A DNA stretch of 64,000 nt from Peptoniphilaceae bacterium (GCA_028726605.1 JAQYPV010000021.1:9609-73608), one strand, 5' to 3'; positions 49,821-59,844 are shown, counted from the stretch's first letter. Notes: generated by a model from the sequence alone, not told the origin. A program made the numbers and translations.

Positions 49821-51320
49821 ATGAAAGAAAAGACACAGAACACGCAAAACGAACAACACACAACGCCCTCAAAGGACGAACAAAACGCCGTCCCCGCAAT
49901 GGACGAACAACACACAAAAGGCACGCCGAGCCCCCAAAACGCCAACGAGGCGCTTTTTACGACCATGCCCGTCGCCCAAGCCCTGCGCACGCTGGCCGTA
50001 CCCACGGTCATCAGCCAGCTCATCAACCTCATCTACAACATGGCCGATGCCTACTTTATCGGCTTCACGGGGGATTCGTACAAGATTGCCGGCGTGACGT
50101 TGGCCTTCTCTCTCTTCATGCTCACTATTCCCATCTCCAACGTGTTCGGCACCGGCGGCGGCAGCCTCATCGCCCGCCTCATGGGCCGCGGCCAGACCGA
50201 CAAGAGTCGCAGCGTCTCCGCGTATAGCTTCTACGGCGCCATCGTCGCCGCGCTCGCCTATTCGCTCTTGATCGCCGTCTTCATGGACCCGCTGCTCGCC
50301 GTCCTGGGCGCTTCACCCGAGACCCTGCCCTATGCGGAGCAATACACCATCTTCGTGGTCATTTTAGGCAGCCTTCCCATCATCCTCTCGCAGACCTTGG
50401 CGATGCTGCTTCGAAACGTCGGCGAAGCTAAAATCGCAAGCTACGGCCTCTCCGGCGGCGGCGTTCTCAACATGATCCTCGATCCGCTCTTCATGTTCGT
50501 CCTCCTGCCTCCGGGCATGGAAGTGCTTGGCGCCGCGCTGGCGACCTTCCTCTCCAATGTCGCCTCGTGCCTCTTCCTCCTCGTCCAATACCTGCGGCAA
50601 GGCAAGACCTCGCCCCTGAGCGCCAACGTCCATGAGATGCTGCACCTGAGCACCGCCCACAAGCGCGAACTCTACTCCGTGGGCCTGCCCTCCGGCATCC
50701 TTCCCGGCCTCTTCGACCTCGCGAACGTCTTCATGAACGCCCTCATGGCCGCCCACGGCGACATGAGCCTAGCCGCCATGGGCATCGTCATGAAAGCCGA
50801 ACGCCTCCCGAACGCCATCAACATCGGCATCTGCCAAGGCATGCTCCCCCTCGTGGCCTACAGTTTCTCCGCTCGCGACCACGACCGCATGGAGCGCGTC
50901 ATTCACCTGTCGCGCCGCGTGGGCCTCTTCATCGCCGGCGTAAGCCTCGTGCTCTTTTTGGTGTTCGCGAACCCCCTCTCGAGTCTGTTCCTGAACACCA
51001 GCGGGGAGAATGCCGCCGTTGCGATGCAGACTGTCGCTCTCGCCGGCGTCTTCTTGCGTCTCCGCGCGTTGGCCTCGCCTTTCCAACTCTTGAACTACCA
51101 CAGTTCGTTCTGCCTCCAGGCCATGGGCGACGGGCGGGATTCGCTGTTACACGCGGTGGTGCGTGAAATTGGGCTCTACATCCCCTTCATGTTCCTCCTC
51201 GATCACCTCTTCGGGCAGTACGGACTGGCGGGCGCACTCGCGCTGGGAGAACTCGGCGGCGCCCTCTTCGCCACTTACCTTTTACGACGCTGGCTGGCGC
51301 ACCACAGCGTCGACGCATGA
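49821..51320 (+). CDS. MATE family efflux transporter
   Basis: IYNMADAYFIG, NMILDPLF and GAALAT motifs; polar N-terminal extension with short repeats. Confidence 0.93.
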   Translation: MKEKTQNTQNEQHTTPSKDEQNAVPAMDEQHTKGTPSPQNANEALFTTMPVAQALRTLAVPTVISQLINLIYNMADAYFIGFTGDSYKIAGVTLAFSLFMLTIPISNVFGTGGGSLIARLMGRGQTDKSRSVSAYSFYGAIVAALAYSLLIAVFMDPLLAVLGASPETLPYAEQYTIFVVILGSLPIILSQTLAMLLRNVGEAKIASYGLSGGGVLNMILDPLFMFVLLPPGMEVLGAALATFLSNVASCLFLLVQYLRQGKTSPLSANVHEMLHLSTAHKRELYSVGLPSGILPGLFDLANVFMNALMAAHGDMSLAAMGIVMKAERLPNAINIGICQGMLPLVAYSFSARDHDRMERVIHLSRRVGLFIAGVSLVLFLVFANPLSSLFLNTSGENAAVAMQTVALAGVFLRLRALASPFQLLNYHSSFCLQAMGDGRDSLLHAVVREIGLYIPFMFLLDHLFGQYGLAGALALGELGGALFATYLLRRWLAHHSVDA

Positions 51321-51508
51321 GAAGGCAAGTGTCACTCGTCGTAATGCGGATTCGGGCGCCACAGCGTCGCCATCCAGACGAACGAATGGCTCCGGTGATG
51401 ACGTCAGTTGGCGCCACAGCATCGCCGTGACTTTCGCACATCGGCATCGCGCCGCACGAAATTAGAAATAAATAGAAAGAAAGAATCGCAAAACCGAAAG
51501 GAGATCCC

Positions 51509-51988
51509 ATGGAATGGCGCAGGATGAGACGCTTTAACCAGCTGATGACAGATGCGGAGTGTATCGGCGTACTGCGGGCAGAGCGCCGCGGCGTGTTGGC
51601 CATGAACGGGGAGAATGGCTGCCCCTATGCCGTCCCCATCAATTTCTATTACGAGCCGGAACGGAATCGAATTTACTTTCACGGCGCGCGCGAGGGGCTC
51701 AAAGTTGACCTCTTACGCAGCAATGACAAGGTCTGCCTGACGGTATTCGATCAAGGCGTAATCCCCGAAGGGGAGTGGGCCTATCGCGTCGCTTCCGTCG
51801 TCATCCGGGGACGAGCCCAGATCGTGACGGATGAGACCGAAGCCGAACGCGCCGTCCATCAACTGGGATTGAAATACTACCCCACGGCCGAAAGCGTCGC
51901 GCAGGCCATGCATCGCTCGTTCAGCAAAGTGCAAGTCTATGCGCTGACCGTGGACCACATGACGGGAAAGCGCGTCAAAGAAGCCTGA
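51509..51988 (+). CDS. Pyridoxamine 5'-phosphate oxidase-like flavin-binding protein (Nim-like family)
   Basis: GVLA..G..PYAVPINF, IYFHGA..G.K, KVCLTV and SVVIRG motifs. Confidence 0.85.
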   Translation: MEWRRMRRFNQLMTDAECIGVLRAERRGVLAMNGENGCPYAVPINFYYEPERNRIYFHGAREGLKVDLLRSNDKVCLTVFDQGVIPEGEWAYRVASVVIRGRAQIVTDETEAERAVHQLGLKYYPTAESVAQAMHRSFSKVQVYALTVDHMTGKRVKEA

Positions 51989-52032
51989 CGGGACGACGCA
52001 TCTTGCCGAGCCACGATTCTCATTTTGCCGTC

Positions 52033-52681
52033 GTACATGGCTGGGGAGCGGTTAATGCGATGTGACATGTATTCCGCCGCCCTCCAGTACACGGCTGGAG
52101 AGCAGTTCATGCGATGTAACATGTATTCTGCCGCCCTCCAGTACATGGCTGGGTGGCGGATCTCGCAATAAGCCACGTATTCCAACGCGCTTCCAGTACA
52201 CGGCTGGGAGGCGGATCTCGCAATAAGCCATGTATTCCGACGCCCTCCAGTACACGGCTGGGAGGCGGATCTCGCAATAAGCCACGTATTCCAACGCCCT
52301 CCAGTACATGGCTGGGTGGCGAATCTCTCAGCGTACCATGTATTCCACCGCACTCCAGTACACGGCTGGAGAGCAGTTCATGCGATGTAACATGTATTCC
52401 GCCGCCCTCCAGTACACGGCTGGGTGGCGAGTCTCTCAATAAGCCATGTATTCCGCCGCCCTCCAGTACACGGCTGGGTGGCGAGTCTCTCAATAAGCCA
52501 CGTATTCCGCCGCCCTCCAGTACACGGCTGAGAGGCGGATCTCGCAATAAGCCACGTATTCCAACTCGCTTCAGTACACGGCTGGAAAGCAGTTCATGCG
52601 ATGTAACATGTATTCCGCCGCCCTCCAGTACACGGCTGGGAGGCGATTCTCGCAGCGGGCCATGAATTCCGCCGTGCACTC
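52033..52681 (+). repeat. 54-bp tandem array x12 (family B) with recurring variant segments
   Basis: GTACAYGGCTG at 52033, 52087, 52141, 52196, 52250, 52304, 52358, 52412, 52466, 52520, 52574, 52628. Confidence 0.95.
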
Positions 52682-52689
52682 GTAGAAAC

Positions 52690-52741
52690 AAAAATGGGTT
52701 GACCAATGCCGTCCGCAGACGACGTCGGTCAACCCTTTTTC
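52690..52741. terminator. Bidirectional terminator-like hairpin
   Basis: AAAAATGGGTTGACC...GGTCAACCCTTTTT. Confidence 0.65.
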
Positions 52742-52834
52742 AGCACATATGCCCTGTTCTCGCCGGCTCTGCGGCTGTCAACTTCATCGCAGCCCCGCCC
52801 CAGCCGCCAGCCCGTTCGCCAAGGGCCTTGAAAC

Positions 52835-54073
52835 TCACTTCAAATTCTGCACAAAGGTCGAGATAAACCAGATCGTCTGCGGTTGGTAGATGATGTCCAC
52901 CAAGAACGCGCCGACGATGGGCACGATCATCATGGCCTTGCGCGAGTAGCCGTAGCGGTCGTTGACCGCGGTCATGTTGACGATAGCCGACGGAGTCGCG
53001 CCCAGGCCGTGGCCGCAGAGGCCCGCGCACATGACGGCCGCATCGTAGTCCGCGCCCAAAATGCGGAAGACGATGAAGTACGCCACCACCGCCATGAAGA
53101 GCACCTGCGCCGCCACCACGAGGAGCACCGCACCGACGAGATCGGCCAGTTCCCAGAGCGCCAGCGTCATCAGCGCCAACGAGAGGTAGAGGTTCAGCGT
53201 CACCGTGCCGATGCCGTCGACCAACGCAAAGTCGAAGTGATAAAAATGGAACTTCTCATTCAAGTTGCGGATGAGCACCGCAAAGAACATCGCGCCCACG
53301 TACGTGGGGAACTTCATGTTGATGAGCGAACTGATCCAGCCGGCGATGATGGAACCCGCCGCCATGCAGACGATGATGACGACCACGTTCTGAATGAGTT
53401 CAAACGAAGTGAGCGTCCGCCCTTCCGACTGATTCACATCCTCCGCCGCCGTCGTGAAGTTCTGATTGGACGGCGTCAAATGACGACGCTCGATGAGCAA
53501 CCGTCCGAGCGGCCCACCCAAGAGCACCGCAGAGATGAGGCCGAACGTCGCCGCTGCCGCGCCCACGGTCTTCGCGATGGGATAGCCCATTTCGGTGAAC
53601 GTCGTCCCGTAAGAGAGCGCCGCGCCGTGGCCGCCGATCATGGAAATGGCGCTCGCCAAAAGCGCATAAGGCGGCTCCAGCCCCGTGAGCCGAGACACGC
53701 CGATGCCGATGGCGTTTTGAATGATGGAAATGACGCCGCAGACCAGCCAGTAGATGATCAAGAGCTTACCGCCGCTCTTCAAGAGTTGCAGGCTCGCGCC
53801 CAGACCGACGGTCGTAAAGAATGCCAACATAAAGACACTTTGAAACGGGTCGTCAAACGTAAACTGGAACGTCCCCGTGCTGTGACCGATCCACGTGATC
53901 GCCATGAACAAAAAGCCGCCCACCACCGGCGCCGGAATACAAAACTTCTCCAAGAAATGCACCTTGCGCACCAAGACGTAGCCAATCAAGAGCAGAATGG
54001 CCGCAAGCGCCAGCGTCAGCACATTGTCCAAGTTGACCGTGAAGACCGAATCCACCACTTCGAATGTCATCAA
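52835..54073 (-). CDS. Sodium/glutamate symporter family protein (second GltS paralog)
   Basis: IPAPVVGG, GGHG and GHGLGATP motifs. Confidence 0.9.
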   Translation of the reverse strand: MMTFEVVDSVFTVNLDNVLTLALAAILLLIGYVLVRKVHFLEKFCIPAPVVGGFLFMAITWIGHSTGTFQFTFDDPFQSVFMLAFFTTVGLGASLQLLKSGGKLLIIYWLVCGVISIIQNAIGIGVSRLTGLEPPYALLASAISMIGGHGAALSYGTTFTEMGYPIAKTVGAAAATFGLISAVLLGGPLGRLLIERRHLTPSNQNFTTAAEDVNQSEGRTLTSFELIQNVVVIIVCMAAGSIIAGWISSLINMKFPTYVGAMFFAVLIRNLNEKFHFYHFDFALVDGIGTVTLNLYLSLALMTLALWELADLVGAVLLVVAAQVLFMAVVAYFIVFRILGADYDAAVMCAGLCGHGLGATPSAIVNMTAVNDRYGYSRKAMMIVPIVGAFLVDIIYQPQTIWFISTFVQNLK

Positions 54074-54182
54074 AACCTCCTTTTTTCAAATCCAAGCGCG
54101 GAATTTGCCTAACATCACAAAACCCGGAATGATTCTATCATGCGTCGCGTCCACATCGCGTCACAGAACAACACAAAGACAG

Positions 54183-55553
54183 TTAACGCCCGATCATGCG
54201 CCGCGGATCCAAGAGGTCATCCAGTTCTTCCGCAGAGAGCCGCCCGCTTTTGAGCGCCTCTTCCCGCAGCGTCGTGTCATTTTCGTCCGCGCGATGCGCA
54301 ATCTCCGCCGCCGCTTCATAGCCGATGACGGGCGAAAGTGCCGTCACGCGCATGAGCGAGCGGTCCAACAACGCCCCCATTCGCACGGCGTTCACCGCCA
54401 TGCCGTCAAAGAGGAAGCGACGCAGGCCGTTCAGGGCGAGCGCCAAGAGCGCAATGGACTCCAAGACGTTCCGGATGAGAAGCGGCATGTACGTGTTGAG
54501 TTGCAACTGTCCCGACGTCGCCGCCAGCGTCACGGCAAAGTCGTTGGCCATGACCTGGAAAGCGATCATGCTGGCCGCCTCCACCTGCGTGGGGTTGACC
54601 TTGCCCGGCATGATGGACGAACCCGGCTCATTGGCCGGAATGCGATACTCGCCGATACCGCAGCGCGGCCCGCACGACAAAAAGCGCACGTCCTGCACGA
54701 TCTTGTTGAGATCCGCCGCAAACGCCTTGAGCGTCCCGTGCACGCGAAGCACCGGAGACTTCATCGAGAGCCCGTAGAACTTGTTCTCCAACGGACGCAG
54801 CGAAAGCTCCGTCTCCCGCGACAGCACCGCACAGATGTCCCCGTCAAAGCCCTCCGGCGCATTGAGCCCCGTGCCCACCGCCGTGCCCCCGATGGGGAGC
54901 GCCTCCAATTCCCGGGACGCCTCCACGATGCGGCGCTTTCCCTCGTCGATGGCCGTGCGCCACGCCGACGCCTCCTGACCCACGGTGATGGGCGTCGCGT
55001 CCTGCAAGTGCGTGCGCCCCGTTTTGAGCGTCTCGCCCTCCCGCGCGATGAAGGCATCCAGAGACGCCACGAGAGCGTCTGCCTCGGGGACGAACTCCTC
55101 CCGCAGCGCCAAGAGCGTCGCCAGGTGAATGGCGCTCGGAAAGACGTCATTGGAACTCTGCGAGCGGTTCACATCGTCATTGGGATGCAAGAGAGTCTGC
55201 CCCGAAAGCTCATTGCCGCGATTCGCGATGACCTCGTTCACGTTCATATTGGTCTGCGTCCCGCTGCCCGTCTGCCAGATGGAGAGCGGAAACTGGTCGT
55301 CGAAGCGCCCGTCGTGAATCTCGTCCACGACCTTAGCGATGGACCGGGCCTTTTCCGCCGACAACAGACCCTTTTGAGCATTCACCTCCGCCGCCGCCTT
55401 CTTGATCGTCGCGATGGCGTAGACCACGGGAAGCGGCATGATCCCCCTGACCGGCGGAAAATGCTCCAGACTTCGCGCCGTCTGCGCCCCGTAGTAAGCG
55501 CCCTCCGGGATGATGACCTCGCCCATGGTGTCATGAACACGCTTGACTTCCAT
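54183..55553 (-). CDS. fumC: Class II fumarate hydratase
   Basis: WQTGSGTQTNMN, SQSSND, GRTHLQDATP and GSSIMPGKVNP motifs (FumC-type rather than AspA-type). Confidence 0.88.
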   Translation of the reverse strand: MEVKRVHDTMGEVIIPEGAYYGAQTARSLEHFPPVRGIMPLPVVYAIATIKKAAAEVNAQKGLLSAEKARSIAKVVDEIHDGRFDDQFPLSIWQTGSGTQTNMNVNEVIANRGNELSGQTLLHPNDDVNRSQSSNDVFPSAIHLATLLALREEFVPEADALVASLDAFIAREGETLKTGRTHLQDATPITVGQEASAWRTAIDEGKRRIVEASRELEALPIGGTAVGTGLNAPEGFDGDICAVLSRETELSLRPLENKFYGLSMKSPVLRVHGTLKAFAADLNKIVQDVRFLSCGPRCGIGEYRIPANEPGSSIMPGKVNPTQVEAASMIAFQVMANDFAVTLAATSGQLQLNTYMPLLIRNVLESIALLALALNGLRRFLFDGMAVNAVRMGALLDRSLMRVTALSPVIGYEAAAEIAHRADENDTTLREEALKSGRLSAEELDDLLDPRRMIGR

Positions 55554-55582
55554 CTGTCCTCCTCTCTCCTCCGACGCCCCCG

Positions 55583-56428
55583 TCATTCCACGGGATCCGC
55601 AAAAAACGACAGCACCACACAGCCCGGCCCCAAGTGCGTGCCGAGAATGGGGCCCACCTGGCGAAGCGGCCGCGCCCCCGGCTCCAGTTCCGGAAACTGC
55701 GCCAAAAACGCTTCAGCCGGCTCCGGGGACGTACCCGTATACGCCACGCGCAGCGACGCCCCCTCCGCGCCGGGCTTCTGTGCAAAAAAGTCGCGCAAGA
55801 CGCGAAACGCGTTCTTCCGCCCCCGCCCCTTGCCGGCCAGTTCAAAAGTGTTTTCGTGCAGCATCACGACGGGCTTCACCGAGAGTAGCCCTGCCAGCAT
55901 CTGCATCGCCGGCGAAATGCGCCCACCGCGCTTCAGGTATTCCAGCGTGTCCAGCGTCGCCGCAGAATAGACGCGCTTCTTGTGCTCCTCGATCGTCGCG
56001 ATGACGTCCGCCACGTCGGCGCCGGCGGAAACCAAATCCAGTGCCTTTTCGGCGATGAGCTGCATCCCGAGCGTCGCATTTCCTGAATCCACGACGGCGA
56101 TCTTCCCCTCGAACTCCTTCGCCACCATCGCACAGTGATGATACGTGCCGGAGAGATCGCTCGCGAGCGTGAGGACAATGCCGGCATCGCCCGCTTCGAC
56201 CACCTCGCGATACACCGCTTCAATGTCCGGCCTAGTGGGCTGGCTCGTCATCGCCGGCTCCCTTGACACCTCTAACTTTTCATAAAACGCATCCTTTGAC
56301 AGATCAATCCCGTCGCGAAAAGAGCGCTCGCCAAACGACACGGAGAGAGGAATGAACTTCATCCCCATCGCTTCAGCTTCCGGTTTCAAATAATCACTCG
56401 ACGAATCGATGATGATACGTATGGCCAT
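55583..56428 (-). CDS. DegV family fatty-acid-binding protein
   Basis: TSQP, LSGT, LEYLKRGGRI and THLGPG motifs. Confidence 0.94.
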   Translation of the reverse strand: MAIRIIIDSSSDYLKPEAEAMGMKFIPLSVSFGERSFRDGIDLSKDAFYEKLEVSREPAMTSQPTRPDIEAVYREVVEAGDAGIVLTLASDLSGTYHHCAMVAKEFEGKIAVVDSGNATLGMQLIAEKALDLVSAGADVADVIATIEEHKKRVYSAATLDTLEYLKRGGRISPAMQMLAGLLSVKPVVMLHENTFELAGKGRGRKNAFRVLRDFFAQKPGAEGASLRVAYTGTSPEPAEAFLAQFPELEPGARPLRQVGPILGTHLGPGCVVLSFFADPVE

Positions 56429-56533
56429 ATTTTTCTTCCTTTCGACTCTTTTACGTCCGTTCCCGCTATACTATAAACGAACGACCATCGAAAACACAAT
56501 TCTTCCGTCAAGGGATTTGAGAAAGGATACACT

Positions 56534-57322
56534 ATGGCAAACATCGGCTATCTGGGATTTGGCAACATGGCTGAGGCCGTCGCACAGGGTCTGAAACAGA
56601 CAGGGACCACGCACCACTTTTACGCCACCGCCGCGCACTACGACGCGTTGGTACCGCGCGCTCGCAACGTAAACGTGACGCCGCTCCCGTCCAATGAGGC
56701 GCTTTTGGACGCCGTGGGCGTCGTCATCGTGGCCATCAAGCCGCACCTCGTGCCAGACGTCCTTCAGCCCCTCGCGTCCCGCCTCGCCGGGAAAGTGGTC
56801 ATCTCCTTCGCCGCAGGCCTCACGACACAAGACTACCGCGCCTTTTTGCCGGAATCGACGCATGTGCTCGTCACCATGCCCAACCTCCCCATGGCCGTCG
56901 GAGAAGGGGTCCTCATCGTGGACGATGCCTACGACCTGACGGAGGACGAATTCCAGTTCGTCGAGGAACTGTTCTCCCCCATCGCCGCCGTCGTCCCGCT
57001 TCCTTCCACGCAGATGCGCGTGGCCGGAACGCTCTCGGGCTGCGGTCCGGCGTTTGCGGACCTCTTCCTGGAAGCCCTGGCCGATGCCGGGGTCAAATAC
57101 GGCCTCTCCCGTGCGGCCGCCTATCGCATCGCCTCACAGACCTTGAAAGGCGCAGCCGCATTGCAGCTCGCGACGGGACTGCATCCCGGGGTGCTCAAAG
57201 ACCGCGTCACCTCGCCCGGCGGAACGACCATCCGCGGAATCGCCGCCTTGGAAGAGAAAGGCTTTCGGCACTCCGTCATCGCCGCCGTCGACGCCATCGA
57301 GGGGCGCAACGTGGAAAAATGA
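56534..57322 (+). CDS. proC: Pyrroline-5-carboxylate reductase
   Basis: GFGNMA, MPN, SGCGPA and VTSPGGTT motifs. Confidence 0.95.
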   Translation: MANIGYLGFGNMAEAVAQGLKQTGTTHHFYATAAHYDALVPRARNVNVTPLPSNEALLDAVGVVIVAIKPHLVPDVLQPLASRLAGKVVISFAAGLTTQDYRAFLPESTHVLVTMPNLPMAVGEGVLIVDDAYDLTEDEFQFVEELFSPIAAVVPLPSTQMRVAGTLSGCGPAFADLFLEALADAGVKYGLSRAAAYRIASQTLKGAAALQLATGLHPGVLKDRVTSPGGTTIRGIAALEEKGFRHSVIAAVDAIEGRNVEK

Positions 57323-57425
57323 CGCCCACGCCGCCTCGGCCAGACGCGCACACGTGGCACCCATGTCCGTTCAGCACTCAAGCGCACGCGTGACGCCATC
57401 TCCTAAACCGCGCAATATCCCATAC

Positions 57426-57462
57426 AAAAACGCGACGGCCGCAATACGACCGTCGCGTTTTT
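57426..57462. terminator. Bidirectional terminator
   Basis: AAAAACGCGACGG...CCGTCGCGTTTTT between convergent genes. Confidence 0.8.
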
Positions 57463-57486
57463 GGCTTTTCGTTTCTGTTACGAGCG

Positions 57487-58386
57487 TTACACCCGGTTGC
57501 TTAACTTGGCGCTTTCCTGCTTTTCTTCGGCTTCGCGCCGCGTGGCCGCCTTGGCCGCGGAGAGCCCCGCTATTTGGCCCCGACCGACCGCCGCGTTGAT
57601 CTGGTACGGCTGCCCGACGAGATCCCCGCAGGCGAAGAGATTCGGAAGATTCGTCTCCATGGCGGCGTTCACCGCCACGTGCGCCCCATCCATCTCGACT
57701 CCCGGCGCGAGCTGATCCGCCTTGCGCGCGTCGCGGATGACGAAGACCCCGTCCGCGTGAAGCGCCCCCGATTTGAGTTCCACGCCTTCGGCCTGGGATT
57801 CGCCCAAAATCCTCTGCGGCTTTTCCGCCACCTCCGTCACCCCCGGAGAAAGCGCCACCTCGCGCCCCGTCTGGTTGATGAACGTGGTCTCGCTCGCCAT
57901 CGTGGCGATGAAGTTGGTCTCCTCCACGGCCTCGTCGTTGTAGCCGATGACGATGACCGGGCGGCCCTTGTAGAGCGCCGCGTCGCACGTGGCGCAGTAG
58001 CCCACGCCGTGGCCCAAAAGTTCCGCCTCACCCGGAAGCGGCGTGCCAAAGTTCACACCCGTCGCCAAGACCGCCGTCCGCGCCGAGACGATCTCATTGC
58101 CCGCGAGGAGGATCCCCATGGACTCACCCATGTCGTAAACCACCTGCACGCGGTCCTCGCGAAACGTCACGTCGTGGCGTTCCACGTGCTGGCGAAACGC
58201 CGCCATGAGCGCCTCTCCCGACGTGTCAGGCAGGCCCAGGTAGTTTGCAATCTCCGGCGCGCGATGCAGCTTCTCACTCATCGCCGGCCCGAAGACGACC
58301 ACCTTCTTCTTGCGCACCGCCGCGTTGAGCGCCGCCGCAAGCCCCGCCGGCCCTGCGCCGATGACGGCGACATCGAAGAGATCCAT
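57487..58386 (-). CDS. trxB: Thioredoxin reductase-like FAD oxidoreductase
   Basis: GAGPAG, YCATCD and FACGD motifs; the NADPH-binding GxGxxA is degenerate (GYNDEA). Confidence 0.8.
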   Translation of the reverse strand: MDLFDVAVIGAGPAGLAAALNAAVRKKKVVVFGPAMSEKLHRAPEIANYLGLPDTSGEALMAAFRQHVERHDVTFREDRVQVVYDMGESMGILLAGNEIVSARTAVLATGVNFGTPLPGEAELLGHGVGYCATCDAALYKGRPVIVIGYNDEAVEETNFIATMASETTFINQTGREVALSPGVTEVAEKPQRILGESQAEGVELKSGALHADGVFVIRDARKADQLAPGVEMDGAHVAVNAAMETNLPNLFACGDLVGQPYQINAAVGRGQIAGLSAAKAATRREAEEKQESAKLSNRV

Positions 58387-58691
58387 CAGTTCTCGTAGTA
58401 GGCGAGCTTGTCGAGCAACGTCTGCTTCGGAGTCAAGCCGACGAGCTGTTCCTTCTTCTCGCCATCCTTGAAGAGGATCATCGTGGGCACACTCACCACG
58501 CGGTACTCCATGGCGAGCGCCGCCTCTTCATCCACATCCACCGTGTAGATGGTGTGTCCTTCTTGCTCGATCTGTTCCAGGATGGGCGCCAACATCTGGC
58601 ACGGCCCGCACCACGTGGCGGAAAAGTCCACCAGGCTCACGCCCTTGCCCGCCAACACTTTATCCCGAAACTGCTTTTCATCAATCTTCAT
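58386..58691 (-). CDS. trxA: Thioredoxin
   Basis: WCGPC active site; VPT cis-Pro motif. Confidence 0.95.
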   Translation of the reverse strand: MKIDEKQFRDKVLAGKGVSLVDFSATWCGPCQMLAPILEQIEQEGHTIYTVDVDEEAALAMEYRVVSVPTMILFKDGEKKEQLVGLTPKQTLLDKLAYYEN

Positions 58692-59031
58692 GACGTTCTC
58701 CTTTTCCTTTTTCGACTTTGCCATGCCCGCCGCGCAGCACGAACGAGAGGAACACCCGCAAGGCGATGATGATGCCCAACGTCAAAAGCTCCTGCAGGCC
58801 GAAGGCGATCATGGTCTTCATGACCTCCGCCACCATGAGAAATTCGAGGGCCACCATGACGCCATCCGTCAGCGTATTCTCCGCCACGAACCAGCTCGTG
58901 TCAAAACGGTGCACGATGACGAGATGGTATATACTTCGAGCCACCGTCACCACCATGATGGAATACGCGAGGATCTCCACGACTAAGATGGTCTGACTCA
59001 AGATACTGTGAAACAAATTCATCGTCGCCAT
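58681..59031 (-). CDS. DUF1622 family membrane protein
   Basis: ALEFLMVAEVMKT....LG.I..LR.FL. Confidence 0.8.
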   Translation of the reverse strand: MATMNLFHSILSQTILVVEILAYSIMVVTVARSIYHLVIVHRFDTSWFVAENTLTDGVMVALEFLMVAEVMKTMIAFGLQELLTLGIIIALRVFLSFVLRGGHGKVEKGKGERHED

Positions 59032-59033
59032 CC

Positions 59034-59702
59034 CTATTCTCGTTCTGCTTTCCGTAACGCCGCCGCCCAATCGGCCACGCGTGCGAATCTCTGCTGGGCG
59101 CGCACGTCCTTGAGTTCCTCTGCCGAGCGGAACCCGTAGGTCACAAGCCACGTCTCCACACCGGCGTTTTCCCCCGTCTGAGCATCCACCTCGGTGTCGC
59201 CCACGTAGAGCACGCGCTCGCGCGGCACGCCCGCCTCCTCAATTAAGGCGTTGAGGCCCGTGGGATCCGGCTTTTTCGGCGTATCTGGGCGCTGCCCCCG
59301 CACTTGAAGATCGCCGAAGAAGTGCTGAATGACCCGCTTCGCGATGGCATCGGGCTTGTTCGAAAAGACGGCGACCTCGAGGCCGGCGCGTTTCGCCTCG
59401 GCCAGCAGTTCAGATATACCCTCATAGGGTTTAGTGTATGCAATGGGATGCGAAAGATAATCCGCATCGTAATCGCTTAAAAATTGCGCCTTCGCCTCTT
59501 CAGGCCAGTCGCCGGCGCCCACGAGCGCCAGCGTCTTTTCGACGAGCACTTTCGAGCCGTTGCCCAAAAACGCTTTGGTCTCATCCACCGTGATCTGCGG
59601 CAGCTGTGCCTTTTGAAGTTCTCGATTGAGGCAGACGGTGATGGAGGTGGCCGTGTCGAGCAACGTGCCGTCCAAATCACAGATCATCAAATCAAAACGC
59701 AT
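59034..59702 (-). CDS. HAD family phosphatase (Gph-like)
   Basis: DLDGTLLDT, SNK, KPDP and VGDTEVD motifs. Confidence 0.92.
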   Translation of the reverse strand: MRFDLMICDLDGTLLDTATSITVCLNRELQKAQLPQITVDETKAFLGNGSKVLVEKTLALVGAGDWPEEAKAQFLSDYDADYLSHPIAYTKPYEGISELLAEAKRAGLEVAVFSNKPDAIAKRVIQHFFGDLQVRGQRPDTPKKPDPTGLNALIEEAGVPRERVLYVGDTEVDAQTGENAGVETWLVTYGFRSAEELKDVRAQQRFARVADWAAALRKAERE

Positions 59703-59844
59703 GTCCTCCCCTTTCGCTCCCAACCCTCGCGCAAGCGCCAATTTCTGCCATTTTATCATAAGGAATGAGGCCATTGTGGTAGAATGGGGCAAAACAAACG
59801 TCTTAGCCGGCGCGCTCCGGCGTTTTTTACCATGGAGGCAAGTG

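Noticed and set aside
52033-52681. CRISPR array
   Set aside because: The variable segments are only about 21 nt and recur as near-identical alleles, the repeats are polymorphic, and there is no leader or cas gene in the window
51937-52706. Repeat-protein ORFs in several frames
   Set aside because: Open frames follow from the 54-bp period, a 55-bp unit shifts the frame, and there is no convincing RBS
54183-55553. Aspartate ammonia-lyase (aspA) call
   Set aside because: WQTGSGT and SQSSND signatures fit FumC better
53997-55970. 657-aa plus-strand ORF
   Set aside because: Antisense shadow of fumC/degV
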